Assembly: GCA_965220375.1 (NCBI GenBank)
Contig: OZ244824.1
Coordinates: 200,406 to 264,405 of the forward strand
Direction: 5' to 3'
Length of the DNA: 64,000 nucleotides
Source: Dehalococcoidia bacterium
GTDB lineage: Bacteria; Chloroflexota; Dehalococcoidia; Lucifugimonadales; JAGWBF01
The position numbers were made by a program, and so were the translations under genes. Below the pieces are notes generated by a model, which had not been told where the DNA came from, did no database searches, and saw nothing but the letters and a program-made list of their open reading frames with translations. Below are positions 9,868-19,282 of this stretch, piece by piece (the first letter of the stretch is position 1; each line of letters starts with the position of its first letter).

Positions 9868-10989
9868 CTAATCCTGAGATGCCGGATAGCCTTTGACCAG
9901 GACATCATCTCCCAAGGTTTGAAGCTTAGTCCGGGTGAGACGGAAAACGCTGGACATCTGTTCCGCCCCTCTGCCCCCGACGGGGGAGGGCGCCGAGGCG
10001 CCGCCGATAATCGATGGCGCTATATATGCAGCCACCTTGTCCACCAGTCTTGAATCAAACAGAGACCCCAGCAGTGCGCTTCCTCCCTCCGCCAGCAGAT
10101 CCACAATTCCCTGCCTGCCGAGATGCTCCAGCAGGTACTGGATGTCCACCTGCCCGGCCCTTGTGGCCGGGGTGGTCAGTATGCGGCCTCCGGCGTATTC
10201 CAGGGCAGCGGCCCGCCCTTCCGTCATATTCACCGTCGCGATGAGCGTCTCCCCAGGTTGGGCAAAGAGGCTGGCATCGGGAGGAGTTCGGCCTGTGCTG
10301 TCCAACACTACCCTCAACGGCTGCCGAGAATGGAGTGTTTCGTCGGGCCAGCGAGCGGTTAGCTGGGGGTTGTCCGCCACGATGGTGTTAACGCCGACCA
10401 TTATAGCATCGCACCCACGGCGCAGCTCATGGACGTGCGCTCTGGACGCTTCCCCAGTGATCCAGCGGGAGGAGCCGGTGCGAGTTGCGATCTTACCATC
10501 CAAGCTCGCGGCGAACTTAGCAGTAACGAAGGGTAGCCCTGTCCTAACGTGCTTTGCGAAAGCCTCGCACAGCTCCAAAGCTTGGTCCTCACAAGTTCCA
10601 AGGGTGGCCGCGATCCCCAAATTCCTCAGCGCTTCCAGCCCCTTGCCAAAAACCTTGGGGTTGGGGTCGAGGGTTGCCGAATGCACTTCCGCTATGCCCG
10701 CGGCGGCCAGGGCATCGGTACATGGCGGCGTGCGCCCCCACATACAGCACGGTTCCATGGTTGTGTACAAGGTCGCCCCCGCCGCCTCGGCTCCGGCGCG
10801 CTCCAAGGCTACTACCTCGGCATGCAGCCCCCCAGGTGGCGACGTCCAGCCTTCGCCCAGGACCACTCCATCCTTGACTATGACGGCTCCAACGGCGGGA
10901 TTGGGGCTGGTGGTCCCCCGGGCGCCTTGGGCCAGTTCGATGGCCCGCTCCATATAAACCGCATAGGGGACCGCACCGGTGTTCATCAT
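9868..10989 (-). CDS. ribD: bifunctional diaminohydroxyphosphoribosylaminopyrimidine deaminase / 5-amino-6-(5-phosphoribosylamino)uracil reductase
   Basis: 373 aa. It has the cytidine-deaminase-type zinc motifs HAEVVAL and PCCMWGRTPPC, followed by a C-terminal RibD reductase domain. Confidence 0.9.
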   Translation of the reverse strand: MMNTGAVPYAVYMERAIELAQGARGTTSPNPAVGAVIVKDGVVLGEGWTSPPGGLHAEVVALERAGAEAAGATLYTTMEPCCMWGRTPPCTDALAAAGIAEVHSATLDPNPKVFGKGLEALRNLGIAATLGTCEDQALELCEAFAKHVRTGLPFVTAKFAASLDGKIATRTGSSRWITGEASRAHVHELRRGCDAIMVGVNTIVADNPQLTARWPDETLHSRQPLRVVLDSTGRTPPDASLFAQPGETLIATVNMTEGRAAALEYAGGRILTTPATRAGQVDIQYLLEHLGRQGIVDLLAEGGSALLGSLFDSRLVDKVAAYIAPSIIGGASAPSPVGGRGAEQMSSVFRLTRTKLQTLGDDVLVKGYPASQD

Positions 10990-11048
10990 CCCTCCGGAAG
11001 AATAGCTGGGAATATAGATGATGACGATGGGAGAGGAACGCCCATTGG

Positions 11049-11705
11049 CTAGTCCCCTTGAGGACCGGAACTCGACCGGCCCCGGTCCGAGCTGCGCCCT
11101 TTGTGTCCGGCTTTCGGGCCAGCGCTTCTGCCAGAGCTTTTGGAAGAGTAATTCTTGTAGTACCGGCTTGGCTCAGGGGCATCTTGGTCCTGGTACTTGC
11201 TCTCCAAGATCCCTGACCCATAGGGACGTTCGGACGGCGTCGACAATTCCATGAACGATATCTGGGAAATCTTCATCTGGTAGTACAGGCTGATGGGCAG
11301 GCCGGACACGTTGCTAAGCTCCAAGGTCAGATGTCCCCGCCAGCCGGGATCAACCCAGCCTGCCGTCGAATGGACCAGGAGGCCCAGCCTGCCCAGGGAA
11401 CTCTTGCCGTCCAGGCGGGCCGCTATGCTGGACGAGAGGCATATCCGTTCGTAGATGACACCCAGGGCAAACTCGCTGGGGTGCAGAAAAAATGGGTTGA
11501 CCTCGTCGATTTCGACGACTTCTGTCAGCTCCGGCAGCTCCTGCTTTACATCGATATAGGGAACCCTGGAGTTCCGAAAGACCCGTATTTTGCGGCCCAG
11601 GCGCAAGTCCATGCTGGCCGGCTGGAGAAGGCTTTCGTCCCAAGGATCGATGATTATCTTCCCGGATTCCTGGGCTTCACGAATGCTTTTGTCGCTGAGG
11701 AGCAT
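11049..11705 (-). CDS. dcd: dCTP deaminase with basic Ser/Gly/Arg-rich C-terminal tail
   Basis: From the internal Met (MLLSDKSIREAQESGKIIIDPW..) the protein aligns to the Dcd family (ASMDLRLG, GRLGLLVHSTAGWVDPGWRGHLTLEL). The ORF-track start at 11780 adds 25 non-homologous residues, so 11705 is preferred. Confidence 0.85.
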   Translation of the reverse strand: MLLSDKSIREAQESGKIIIDPWDESLLQPASMDLRLGRKIRVFRNSRVPYIDVKQELPELTEVVEIDEVNPFFLHPSEFALGVIYERICLSSSIAARLDGKSSLGRLGLLVHSTAGWVDPGWRGHLTLELSNVSGLPISLYYQMKISQISFMELSTPSERPYGSGILESKYQDQDAPEPSRYYKNYSSKSSGRSAGPKAGHKGRSSDRGRSSSGPQGD

Positions 11706-11783
11706 AACTACGCTAGGTCCGCCATTATCCAGTGTGGCGACAGTGTACCAGCCGCTGAATGGGGCTTCAACCTGACACACCTA

Positions 11784-12473
11784 TCAGGGAAGCGTCCTTT
11801 TTGACCGCCATAAGCGCAACAGACCCACGGCAAAGAGGATTATTATGGAAGCGGCCAGCACTCCCTCCACTACGCGCCATAGGACATGGGTCTCTTCACC
11901 CCCATCACGCTTAGCCTCGTTAGCGATCACCGCACTGGTAGTCGTCTTTGCCGCGATAGAACCGTCGCTCTCCGGGGTCTCCTCAGGCGCTTGTTCGAAC
12001 ATCTTCTGACTCTCCTTCAGCAGTTCCCCCGATTCCATGGCTTCTGCACCACCGGAAGCTTCGTTATCCAAGAAGGCCTCGCTGGAAAACTGCGCCTCAG
12101 AGAAAGCGGTATCCTGCACATCCAGGTCCCTCACACCTCCGGGGAGTATTCCTACGAGATCGGCGCCCACGACTGCAACCAGCAGCATGGCGGCAACTGA
12201 TGCCGCCGCTCCGTAGGCCCAGGAAGGCACCCAGGGGCGCGGTTTCGATGCCGGTGCCTCTTGCATGATGAGTCTGCGACTCGGGGTGCTCATCGGGACC
12301 TGTTGAAGCAGCCCAACAGTGTATTGCAGGCCATCCAGTTCTTGACGGCAGGGAGCGCATGAGACAAGGTGGTCCTCGACCCGCTCCCTCCGGGGCCCCG
12401 TTACCCGGTTGTCAATGTATTCCGAAAGCTCCTGCAACCGGATATGTTCAACCTGTTTCTTGAAGGGCCACAT
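11784..12473 (-). CDS. anti-sigma factor, zinc-binding (ZAS-type) membrane protein
   Basis: 229 aa, immediately downstream of the ECF sigma gene. It has the HxxxCxxC motif (HLVSCAPCRQEL) and hydrophobic TM segments (AAASVAAMLLVAVVGADLVGIL, and a C-terminal one). Confidence 0.6.
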   Translation of the reverse strand: MWPFKKQVEHIRLQELSEYIDNRVTGPRRERVEDHLVSCAPCRQELDGLQYTVGLLQQVPMSTPSRRLIMQEAPASKPRPWVPSWAYGAAASVAAMLLVAVVGADLVGILPGGVRDLDVQDTAFSEAQFSSEAFLDNEASGGAEAMESGELLKESQKMFEQAPEETPESDGSIAAKTTTSAVIANEAKRDGGEETHVLWRVVEGVLAASIIILFAVGLLRLWRSKRTLP

Positions 12474-12485
12474 TACCGCCTCGCG

Positions 12486-13061
12486 CTAGTTACGACGATA
12501 CCTTTCGGGCAAAAGTTCCTGGTGCCGGTGGAGATAGTCCCGTATATTCGCCCTTCCCCTGGAAAGGCGGGACCTGATGGTGCCGATGTTGCTGCCCGTG
12601 ATCTGGGCCGCTTCGTCGTAGCTGAACCCCTGGACATCTACCAGGTGGACAGCCAATCTTCGTTCTTCCGAAAGAGTCTGAAGCCCTTGCCGGATCACCG
12701 CTCGCAACTCGTGCCGGAGGGCAACTTCTTCGGGGGACTCATCGCCTGAAGGCAAGTCCAGCGCCGCATTCGAGCCGGATTCCCAGTCCTCGGAAGAGCG
12801 CTCCAAGGAGAGTGTGGGGCGGGCCTTCCCTGCGCGAAGCATGTCTCGGCAACGATTGGCAACGATGCGAAGGAGCCAAGCCCTCAAGTTGGGGCCGCGG
12901 AAGCTGCCAAAGCTTCTATAGGCCGACAAGAAGGCTTCCTGGGTCGCATCTTCAGCCGAAGCACGGTCATCGAGCATCTGGAAAGCCAGGTTCTCTGCCC
13001 TGGCTTGGTAGGCGCCTTGGACGCAGTTGTAGCAGTATTGGGCGCCGGTGCGGTCCGCCAC
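12486..13061 (-). CDS. RNA polymerase sigma-70 family ECF sigma factor
   Basis: 191 aa. Region 2 (AEDATQEAFLSAYRSF..WLLRIVANRCRD) and region 4 HTH (FSYDEAAQITGSNIGTIRSRLSRGR) are recognisable. Confidence 0.8.
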   Translation of the reverse strand: MADRTGAQYCYNCVQGAYQARAENLAFQMLDDRASAEDATQEAFLSAYRSFGSFRGPNLRAWLLRIVANRCRDMLRAGKARPTLSLERSSEDWESGSNAALDLPSGDESPEEVALRHELRAVIRQGLQTLSEERRLAVHLVDVQGFSYDEAAQITGSNIGTIRSRLSRGRANIRDYLHRHQELLPERYRRN

Positions 13062-13256
13062 TGCCAGGGGAGTATGGTCCCTGCACTGGAATTGCGAGCT
13101 TGTTGCTTCCGTCTCGATGTCCCTTAAAGCCGGCGGCCCAAAGTACCGTGGAGAGAAATCCGCCGGCCCAAAGCCTTTTGCGCCACTGCATCTTACGGAG
13201 CGCCCCTAAGCAGGTCAAGGCAGCCTTGCCGGGCACTCAAACGCCCTTTCCTTACC

Positions 13257-13286
13257 TTGACACCCATAAGAGCGCCGCCCTACAAT
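13257..13286 (+). promoter_or_regulatory. candidate sigma-70 promoter TTGACA-N18-TACAAT upstream of the mqn operon
   Basis: TTGACA at 13257-13262 and TACAAT at 13281-13286, about 40 nt upstream of the start at 13327. Confidence 0.45.
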
Positions 13287-13326
13287 CCAAACGAAACCCG
13301 CGGGAACAGCCGAGTGCAGGCTTGGC

Positions 13327-14454
13327 TTGGGAAAGGGGCTGTGCTCTCCATTGCAAGTAGTAGATAACATCACTTTTGCCGACCCATCCCTTGTCCCCAT
13401 CTGGCATAAGGTGCTAGCAGGGGAGCGCCTAGGGCTGGAAGATGGCCTGAGGCTGTTAGAGACAAGCGACCTGTGTGCCTTGGGCCACATGGCGGATTAT
13501 GTAAAATCCTGGGTGATGGGATTCCAGGACCGGGTATTCTTCGTCCTCAACCGCCAGGTAAACGCCACCAACATCTGCGTCCTCAGCTGCAGCTTCTGCG
13601 ACTTCGCAAAGAAGCCCGGAGACCCCGACGCCTACGAAATGAGCATGGAAGATATCCTGGACCATGTAACGGACGAGATTCGCGAAGTGCACATGACCGG
13701 GGGGCATCATCCCGATTGGACCTTCGAGCACTACGAAGACATAGTCCGCACCGTCCATGAGACCTACCCCCACACCCAGGTGAAGGCCTTTACGGCAGCG
13801 GAGATCGACTACTTCTACAAGCGGTGGAAGATACCGCCGGAAGAGAGCTTGGCCCGCTTCAAGGCAGCGGGGCTCCAGTCCATGCCCGGAGGCGGTTCCG
13901 AGGTGTTTTCCAGCCGGGTGCGGAAGGAGCTGTTCCCGGGCAAGAACACGGCGAAACGCTGGCTGGAGATACATCGTATCGCCCACAACATGGGCATCCC
14001 CTCCAACGCTACGCTGCTGTACGGCCACATCGAGACCTTCCAGGAACGGGTGGAGCATATGCTCATGCTCCGGGAGCTTCAGGACGAAACGGGGGGCTTC
14101 CTCGCCTTCATTCCGCTGGAATACCAGGTGGGGGACACTCACCTGGTGCCGAGGCAGGCGTCGGCTATCGACGACCTCAAGACCATCGCCACATCCAGGC
14201 TGGTCTTGGACAACTTTCCCCACATCAAAGCCTACTGGATAATGATCGGGGAGGAGACCGCTTCCATCGCCCTCAACTTCGGCGCAAGCGACCTTGACGG
14301 CACCATCGGAAAGGAGCGGATCGCCCACGCGGCAAAGGCTGCCAGTCCCGTGGGACTGGCCAGGGACCGCATGGTCAACCTGATCAGGGATGCGGGGAAG
14401 GTGGCGGTGGAGAGGGACGCTTTGTACAACGTGGTGCACGTGTATGAGAATTAG
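13327..14454 (+). CDS. mqnE: radical SAM menaquinone (futalosine pathway) enzyme, most likely aminofutalosine synthase MqnE
   Basis: 375 aa in the CofH/MqnC/MqnE family. It has the cluster motif NICVLSCSFCDFAKKPGD and the C-terminal GASDLDGTIGKERIAHAA. Assignment as MqnE rather than MqnC rests on remembered family signatures and is less certain than the family call. Confidence 0.7.
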   Translation: MGKGLCSPLQVVDNITFADPSLVPIWHKVLAGERLGLEDGLRLLETSDLCALGHMADYVKSWVMGFQDRVFFVLNRQVNATNICVLSCSFCDFAKKPGDPDAYEMSMEDILDHVTDEIREVHMTGGHHPDWTFEHYEDIVRTVHETYPHTQVKAFTAAEIDYFYKRWKIPPEESLARFKAAGLQSMPGGGSEVFSSRVRKELFPGKNTAKRWLEIHRIAHNMGIPSNATLLYGHIETFQERVEHMLMLRELQDETGGFLAFIPLEYQVGDTHLVPRQASAIDDLKTIATSRLVLDNFPHIKAYWIMIGEETASIALNFGASDLDGTIGKERIAHAAKAASPVGLARDRMVNLIRDAGKVAVERDALYNVVHVYEN

Positions 14455-15202
14455 GGTTGCCCGGATGGATTACCTCAATTCCGAGCCCTTTTATTATGAC
14501 CTTGATCGGGAAGAAATAGAGCTTTATCCAGGTGTTCCCAGCGCCCTCGGCCAAGCTGCCGCCGAAGGCAAGATAGATGCGGGCCCCCTCTCCCTGGTGG
14601 ACTTCTGGAAACTGGAAGACCGGTTCACCCAGTTGGGCCAGTTCTGCATTGCAACATTGGGGAAGACCAGGAGCGTCCTTTTCTATTCCAAGCATCCCAT
14701 GGAGGAATTGGAGGGGGCTTGCCTCGGCGTCACCAGCCATACCTCCACTGCCAGAAGGCTCCTGGAAGTGCTCCTGTTTCACAGGTACCATGTCTGCCCC
14801 GAGAGCTACGTGGATATCGACGAGCCCAACGACGCTTTTCTGACCATCGGCGACCACGCCCTCCGATGCAGGTACGGCGTGCCTTCATATCCCTACCGCT
14901 ACGATCTGGGTGAAGAGTGGCACGACATGACGGGCCTGCCCTTTGTTTTCGCTGTCTGGGCTGTTCGCAAAGACCTGCACCCCGACTCCGTCAACCACCT
15001 CACGAACGTCCTTTACACCTGCATCGACGAAGCCATGGAACACCTCCACAACATCGCGCAAAGGCGCATGGATGTACGCATGAGCCTCCGGGAGATCATC
15101 GAGTACTACCAAGGGTTCCGTTATTGGGCCGGAGTGGCGGAGATTGAAGGCATCCGGCGCTTCAGGGAGTACCTGGACCAGATGGAGCACGCCGAAGCAT
15201 GA
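14444..15202 (+). CDS. mqnA: chorismate dehydratase (futalosine pathway, MqnA)
   Basis: From the internal Met the protein reads MRIRVARMDYLNSEPFYYDL..., the typical MqnA N-terminus (YLN..P). The start overlaps the upstream stop. The ORF-track start at 14390 overlaps mqnE and was rejected. Confidence 0.8.
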   Translation: MRIRVARMDYLNSEPFYYDLDREEIELYPGVPSALGQAAAEGKIDAGPLSLVDFWKLEDRFTQLGQFCIATLGKTRSVLFYSKHPMEELEGACLGVTSHTSTARRLLEVLLFHRYHVCPESYVDIDEPNDAFLTIGDHALRCRYGVPSYPYRYDLGEEWHDMTGLPFVFAVWAVRKDLHPDSVNHLTNVLYTCIDEAMEHLHNIAQRRMDVRMSLREIIEYYQGFRYWAGVAEIEGIRRFREYLDQMEHAEA

Positions 15203-16308
15203 CGGTGATGGGCGACATGCGCGCCAAGGTGGAAGGGCGCCAACGTATAAGCAAGGACGAGGGACTTTACCTCCTGCGCGAAGCCCCCATCCTGGACCTT
15301 GGCGCATTGGCCCAGGTCGTGCGGTTTCGCCACAACCCGAACCCCATGGTCACCTTCGTGGTGGATACCAACCTGAACTATACCAACGTGTGCGATGCAT
15401 ACTGCACCTTCTGCGCCTTCTATCGCACGGAGAAGGATGCAGACAGCTATACCCACTCGGTCGAAGAGATGATGACCATGGTGGGGGAAGCCGCCGAAAA
15501 GGGTGTGACGACGGTGCTCCTCCAAGGAGGACTGAACCCCAAGCTGCCCCTGGAGTACTACACCAAACTGGTCAGCGAGACCCGGCGCCTGTATCCGCAG
15601 GTGCATCCCCACTTCTTCTCGGCCCCGGAGATCATGAAAATGTCGCAGGTGTCCGAACTCCCGCTGGATGTAGTGCTCACCGAGCTGAAGGAAGCGGGAC
15701 TGAACACCATCCCCGGAGGGGGGTCAGAGATACTATCTGACCGGGTCAAGAGCAAGATCAGCCGCCTGTTCCCCAAGGGAAAGACGGATGATTGGACCGC
15801 GGTCCACAGCGCCGCCCACCGGCTGGGCTACCGTACTACCGCCACCATGATGTACGGCCACCTTGAAGAAGACGAAGATATAATCGAGCACCTTGACCAT
15901 GTCCGGGAAGTACAGGACGAAAACGGAGGCTTCACCGCCTTCATCCCCTGGAGCTACAAGTCCGACAACACCGCCCTGTCCAGACGGGTTACAGCCCTCG
16001 CCGGTCCCAACAGGTACCTCCGGATGATCGCCCTTTCCCGCATATACCTGGACAACGTGCAGCACATCCAGGCCTCCTGGTTCTCAGAGGGCAAGAAGAC
16101 GGGTCAGGTGGCCCTGCACTTCGGGGGCGACGACTTCGGGGGCACTTTGTTCGACGAAAACGTGATGCAGGAAGCGGGCTTCTACAACCGCACCACGGTG
16201 GAAGAGATCAAGGATATCATCCGTGATGCCGGCTTCGAACCCATCCAGCGCACCACCCTGTACGAGCTACTGCAAAGTCCCCAGCCGGAGACCGCTAAAG
16301 CCCGATGA
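15199..16308 (+). CDS. mqnC: radical SAM menaquinone (futalosine pathway) enzyme, most likely cyclic dehypoxanthinyl futalosine synthase MqnC
   Basis: 369 aa. Signatures: VTFVVDTNLNYTNVCDAYCTFCAFYR, LLQGGLNP, YLRMIALSRIYLDNVQHIQASW and GGDDFGGTLFDENV. The MqnC versus MqnE choice is moderately confident. Confidence 0.7.
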   Translation: MTVMGDMRAKVEGRQRISKDEGLYLLREAPILDLGALAQVVRFRHNPNPMVTFVVDTNLNYTNVCDAYCTFCAFYRTEKDADSYTHSVEEMMTMVGEAAEKGVTTVLLQGGLNPKLPLEYYTKLVSETRRLYPQVHPHFFSAPEIMKMSQVSELPLDVVLTELKEAGLNTIPGGGSEILSDRVKSKISRLFPKGKTDDWTAVHSAAHRLGYRTTATMMYGHLEEDEDIIEHLDHVREVQDENGGFTAFIPWSYKSDNTALSRRVTALAGPNRYLRMIALSRIYLDNVQHIQASWFSEGKKTGQVALHFGGDDFGGTLFDENVMQEAGFYNRTTVEEIKDIIRDAGFEPIQRTTLYELLQSPQPETAKAR

Positions 16309-17131
16309 TGTCCAACGGGGGCAGATGGGAAATCAGCCCGCTGTCGTAGGCCCTCCTGTATAACAGCTCCAAGGCATCCCTCCCCTCTTGACCCATGTGC
16401 AGCGTATCCTGGTTCACGTACATCCGCACGAACCGCCGGCACGTCTCGGCATCGATGCCCCGTCCAAAGGGGAGAGCGTAATCTATAGCTTCATCCTCAT
16501 TCTCGATAGCATACTGCACGCTGGCCCTGAACCGCTCAGTAATCAGGTTGTGGGCGGCGTCCCCGAGCCTGCGGTGCAGCACATCCAAGCCCAAGGGTAT
16601 GGGCAGGCCGGAGCTTCTCCCCCACTCCTCCCCCAGGTCCAGAAGATTTTTGAATCCTTCGCCCTTCCAGGTTAGCTGTCCCTCGTGGATAATCAGGCCC
16701 GCGTCAACCTGCCCGTCCTTGACCGCCTGGCCAACAGAGTCAAAGTCCACAATCACAGCCTCGAAGGGGACGGACATGAAAATGCGGAGGAGCAGGTATG
16801 CGGTGGTGTGTTCACCGGGCACCGCTATCCGCTTGCCTTCCAATTGGCCGAGTTCATCGTACCGGGTAGATAGCAGAATGGGGCCGTAGCTTCGTCCGAT
16901 GGACGACCCGCAGGACATGATCCGGTACTTGTCTGCCAGGACCGGGTACGCCCCCGCTGAGATGGCCGTCACCTCCAGCTCTCCCTGGAGGGCACGGCTG
17001 TTCAATGACTGGATATCTTCCAGGACCTGCTGTATCTCGTAGCCATCGATGGTCACCTTCTCCTTGGCGAAGGCGTAAAACATGAAGGCATCGTCGGCAT
17101 CGGGGCTGTGTCCAATCCTGAGGAGGGGCAT
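16295..17131 (-). CDS. mqnD: 1,4-dihydroxy-6-naphthoate synthase (MqnD)
   Basis: 278 aa. The N-terminus LRIGHSPDADDAFMFYAF is characteristic of the MqnD branch of the MqnA/MqnD family. The gene converges on mqnC with a small overlap. Confidence 0.8.
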   Translation of the reverse strand: MPLLRIGHSPDADDAFMFYAFAKEKVTIDGYEIQQVLEDIQSLNSRALQGELEVTAISAGAYPVLADKYRIMSCGSSIGRSYGPILLSTRYDELGQLEGKRIAVPGEHTTAYLLLRIFMSVPFEAVIVDFDSVGQAVKDGQVDAGLIIHEGQLTWKGEGFKNLLDLGEEWGRSSGLPIPLGLDVLHRRLGDAAHNLITERFRASVQYAIENEDEAIDYALPFGRGIDAETCRRFVRMYVNQDTLHMGQEGRDALELLYRRAYDSGLISHLPPLDIIGL

Positions 17132-17287
17132 ATTCGTTACCTGCCTTCAAATAGTCCGTTCAGTATATTCAGCCTCCACCATCAAGACAACACCGGCAGC
17201 CCAAGCCCGAAGAGATACATCCCTTCTCACCCAGGTGACCTTTGCGCAACTCCCCGGACAGTACACAACGCGGCCGTAGGAAGAGCA

Positions 17288-17324
17288 ATATTCAAGGCAA
17301 AACTACGGCAGTCTGTTCGCCCTG
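17288..17324. repeat. left half of a REP-like palindromic element, interrupted by the IS110-family insertion
   Basis: ATATTCAAGGCAAAACTACGGCAGTCTGTTCGCCCTG matches the reverse complement of the element tail at 47570-47600 (27 of 31). It also matches the forward units of the 62.3-kb array (AACTACGGCTGGCCGTTCGCCCTG). Confidence 0.8.
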
Positions 17325-17561
17325 GGAGAAGCAGATGGAACTCTGTGTCTCTTCTCAGTTGACCCAAACACCTCCCATTCGCCCTTGTATCTTAAAGAGG
17401 GACGTGACAGACCGCTTCGTCCTAGGCTTTGAAGGCCGTCCCTCAGCAGGGTCGTCACGTCCAGTCCCTCTCGGAGCCCGAACAGTTGACTGGGCAGTTG
17501 AGCCCGAATTAGGCAAGGATGGGCCAGAGTTGGGGAGAGTATCTTGAAGGGAGGTAGATGA
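17325..17561 (+). ncRNA. candidate IS110 bridge (guide) RNA in the 5' non-coding end
   Basis: The region is ORF-free. The stem GGACGTGAC (17400-17408) / GTCACGTCC (17454-17462) encloses a large internal loop. The loop's 3' side, TCCCTCAG (17439-17446), is the exact reverse complement of junction plus right flank CTGAGGGA (18525-18532). Its 5' side resembles the left flank. No folding or covariance analysis was possible here. Confidence 0.4.
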
Positions 17562-18509
<948 letters not shown>

Positions 18510-18527
18510 CTTTAAAGACAGTTGCTG

Positions 18528-18556
18528 AGGGAAATCAAAGAGTGAACGGACAGCCC
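18528..18556. repeat. right half of the REP-like element interrupted by the IS110-family insertion
   Basis: AGGGAAATCAAAGAGTGAACGGACAGCCC parallels CTGAGGCAAATCGAACGGTGAACGGACAGCC at 47551-47581. Confidence 0.75.
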
Positions 18557-18828
18557 GGACCTCAGTTTACGTGAAGATTTCCTTGGGGAATAAGTCAGTA
18601 TGGGGGTCGTCATTGCGGCGGAAGCCGCAATCCAGCGTCTCGCCCCCGGCCCATCTGCCCCAAAGGCACCGGGAGCAAGGCTGCCGGTTCCGTTTGCTTT
18701 CGGCGCATGGCTCCTCCGCCCGTAGGCAAACGGCACCGTGTCAGCCATTAGTTCACTTTCTTTGTTAGACGTGGGTCCCCGAGCAAGCGGAACCGCACAT
18801 GCAGTGTGGATGCATGTCGAGCCCTTTT

Positions 18829-19059
18829 CTAGGATGGGCGTAGGGAGGTTCGCTCTGTTGTGGGCATAGGGGTGAAAGTGGGGAAAAGTTCTGCTGATGC
18901 TATTGGTTCCTGAGCAACAGGCGTTACCAATGGGCCTGCGTCGTCTTGAATGCTATCCCGCACTCCGAGACCAATAACCACAAAGAGTACGAACAAGCCT
19001 GCGACTATGAAGAAGCTGAGAAGACATCCATCTCTGGGTCTGCGTTCCATTTCAGCCAA
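18829..19059 (-). CDS. hypothetical small single-pass membrane protein
   Basis: 76 aa with one strongly hydrophobic segment (CLLSFFIVAGLFVLFVVIGLGV). No recognisable family. It lies inside a segment bounded by 20-nt inverted repeats. Coding status is uncertain. Confidence 0.3.
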   Translation of the reverse strand: MAEMERRPRDGCLLSFFIVAGLFVLFVVIGLGVRDSIQDDAGPLVTPVAQEPIASAELFPTFTPMPTTERTSLRPS

Positions 19060-19256
19060 GGAGATGCCTTTCCAAGCGGCCCCGGTGCTGCTAATCCAAG
19101 TACAATTAATAGGAATCTATAAAGCCAGTTAGGCTCCGGTGCTGGAACACCGAGGCCCGACGGGGAAAGGGTTAGGGGCACACTCAGAATGTCCCTAACC
19201 CACAAGCCTTGGTTGGAGTTTGTCAACCATCGCCTACCCAGCCGAATGAACTAGAT

Positions 19257-19282
19257 CGGACAGCCTGCTAGCAGGCTGTCCG
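19257..19282. repeat. perfect 26-nt palindrome CGGACAGCCTGCT|AGCAGGCTGTCCG (REP-variant; possible bidirectional terminator downstream of smpB)
   Basis: Read directly. It shares the GGACAGCC core with the dispersed repeat family. Confidence 0.6.

Noticed and set aside
11706-11780. The 25-codon N-terminal extension of dcd in the ORF track (start 11780).
   Set aside because: The Dcd family N-terminus (MLLSDKSI..) begins at 11705. The extension would almost abut the anti-sigma gene stop and has no homology.
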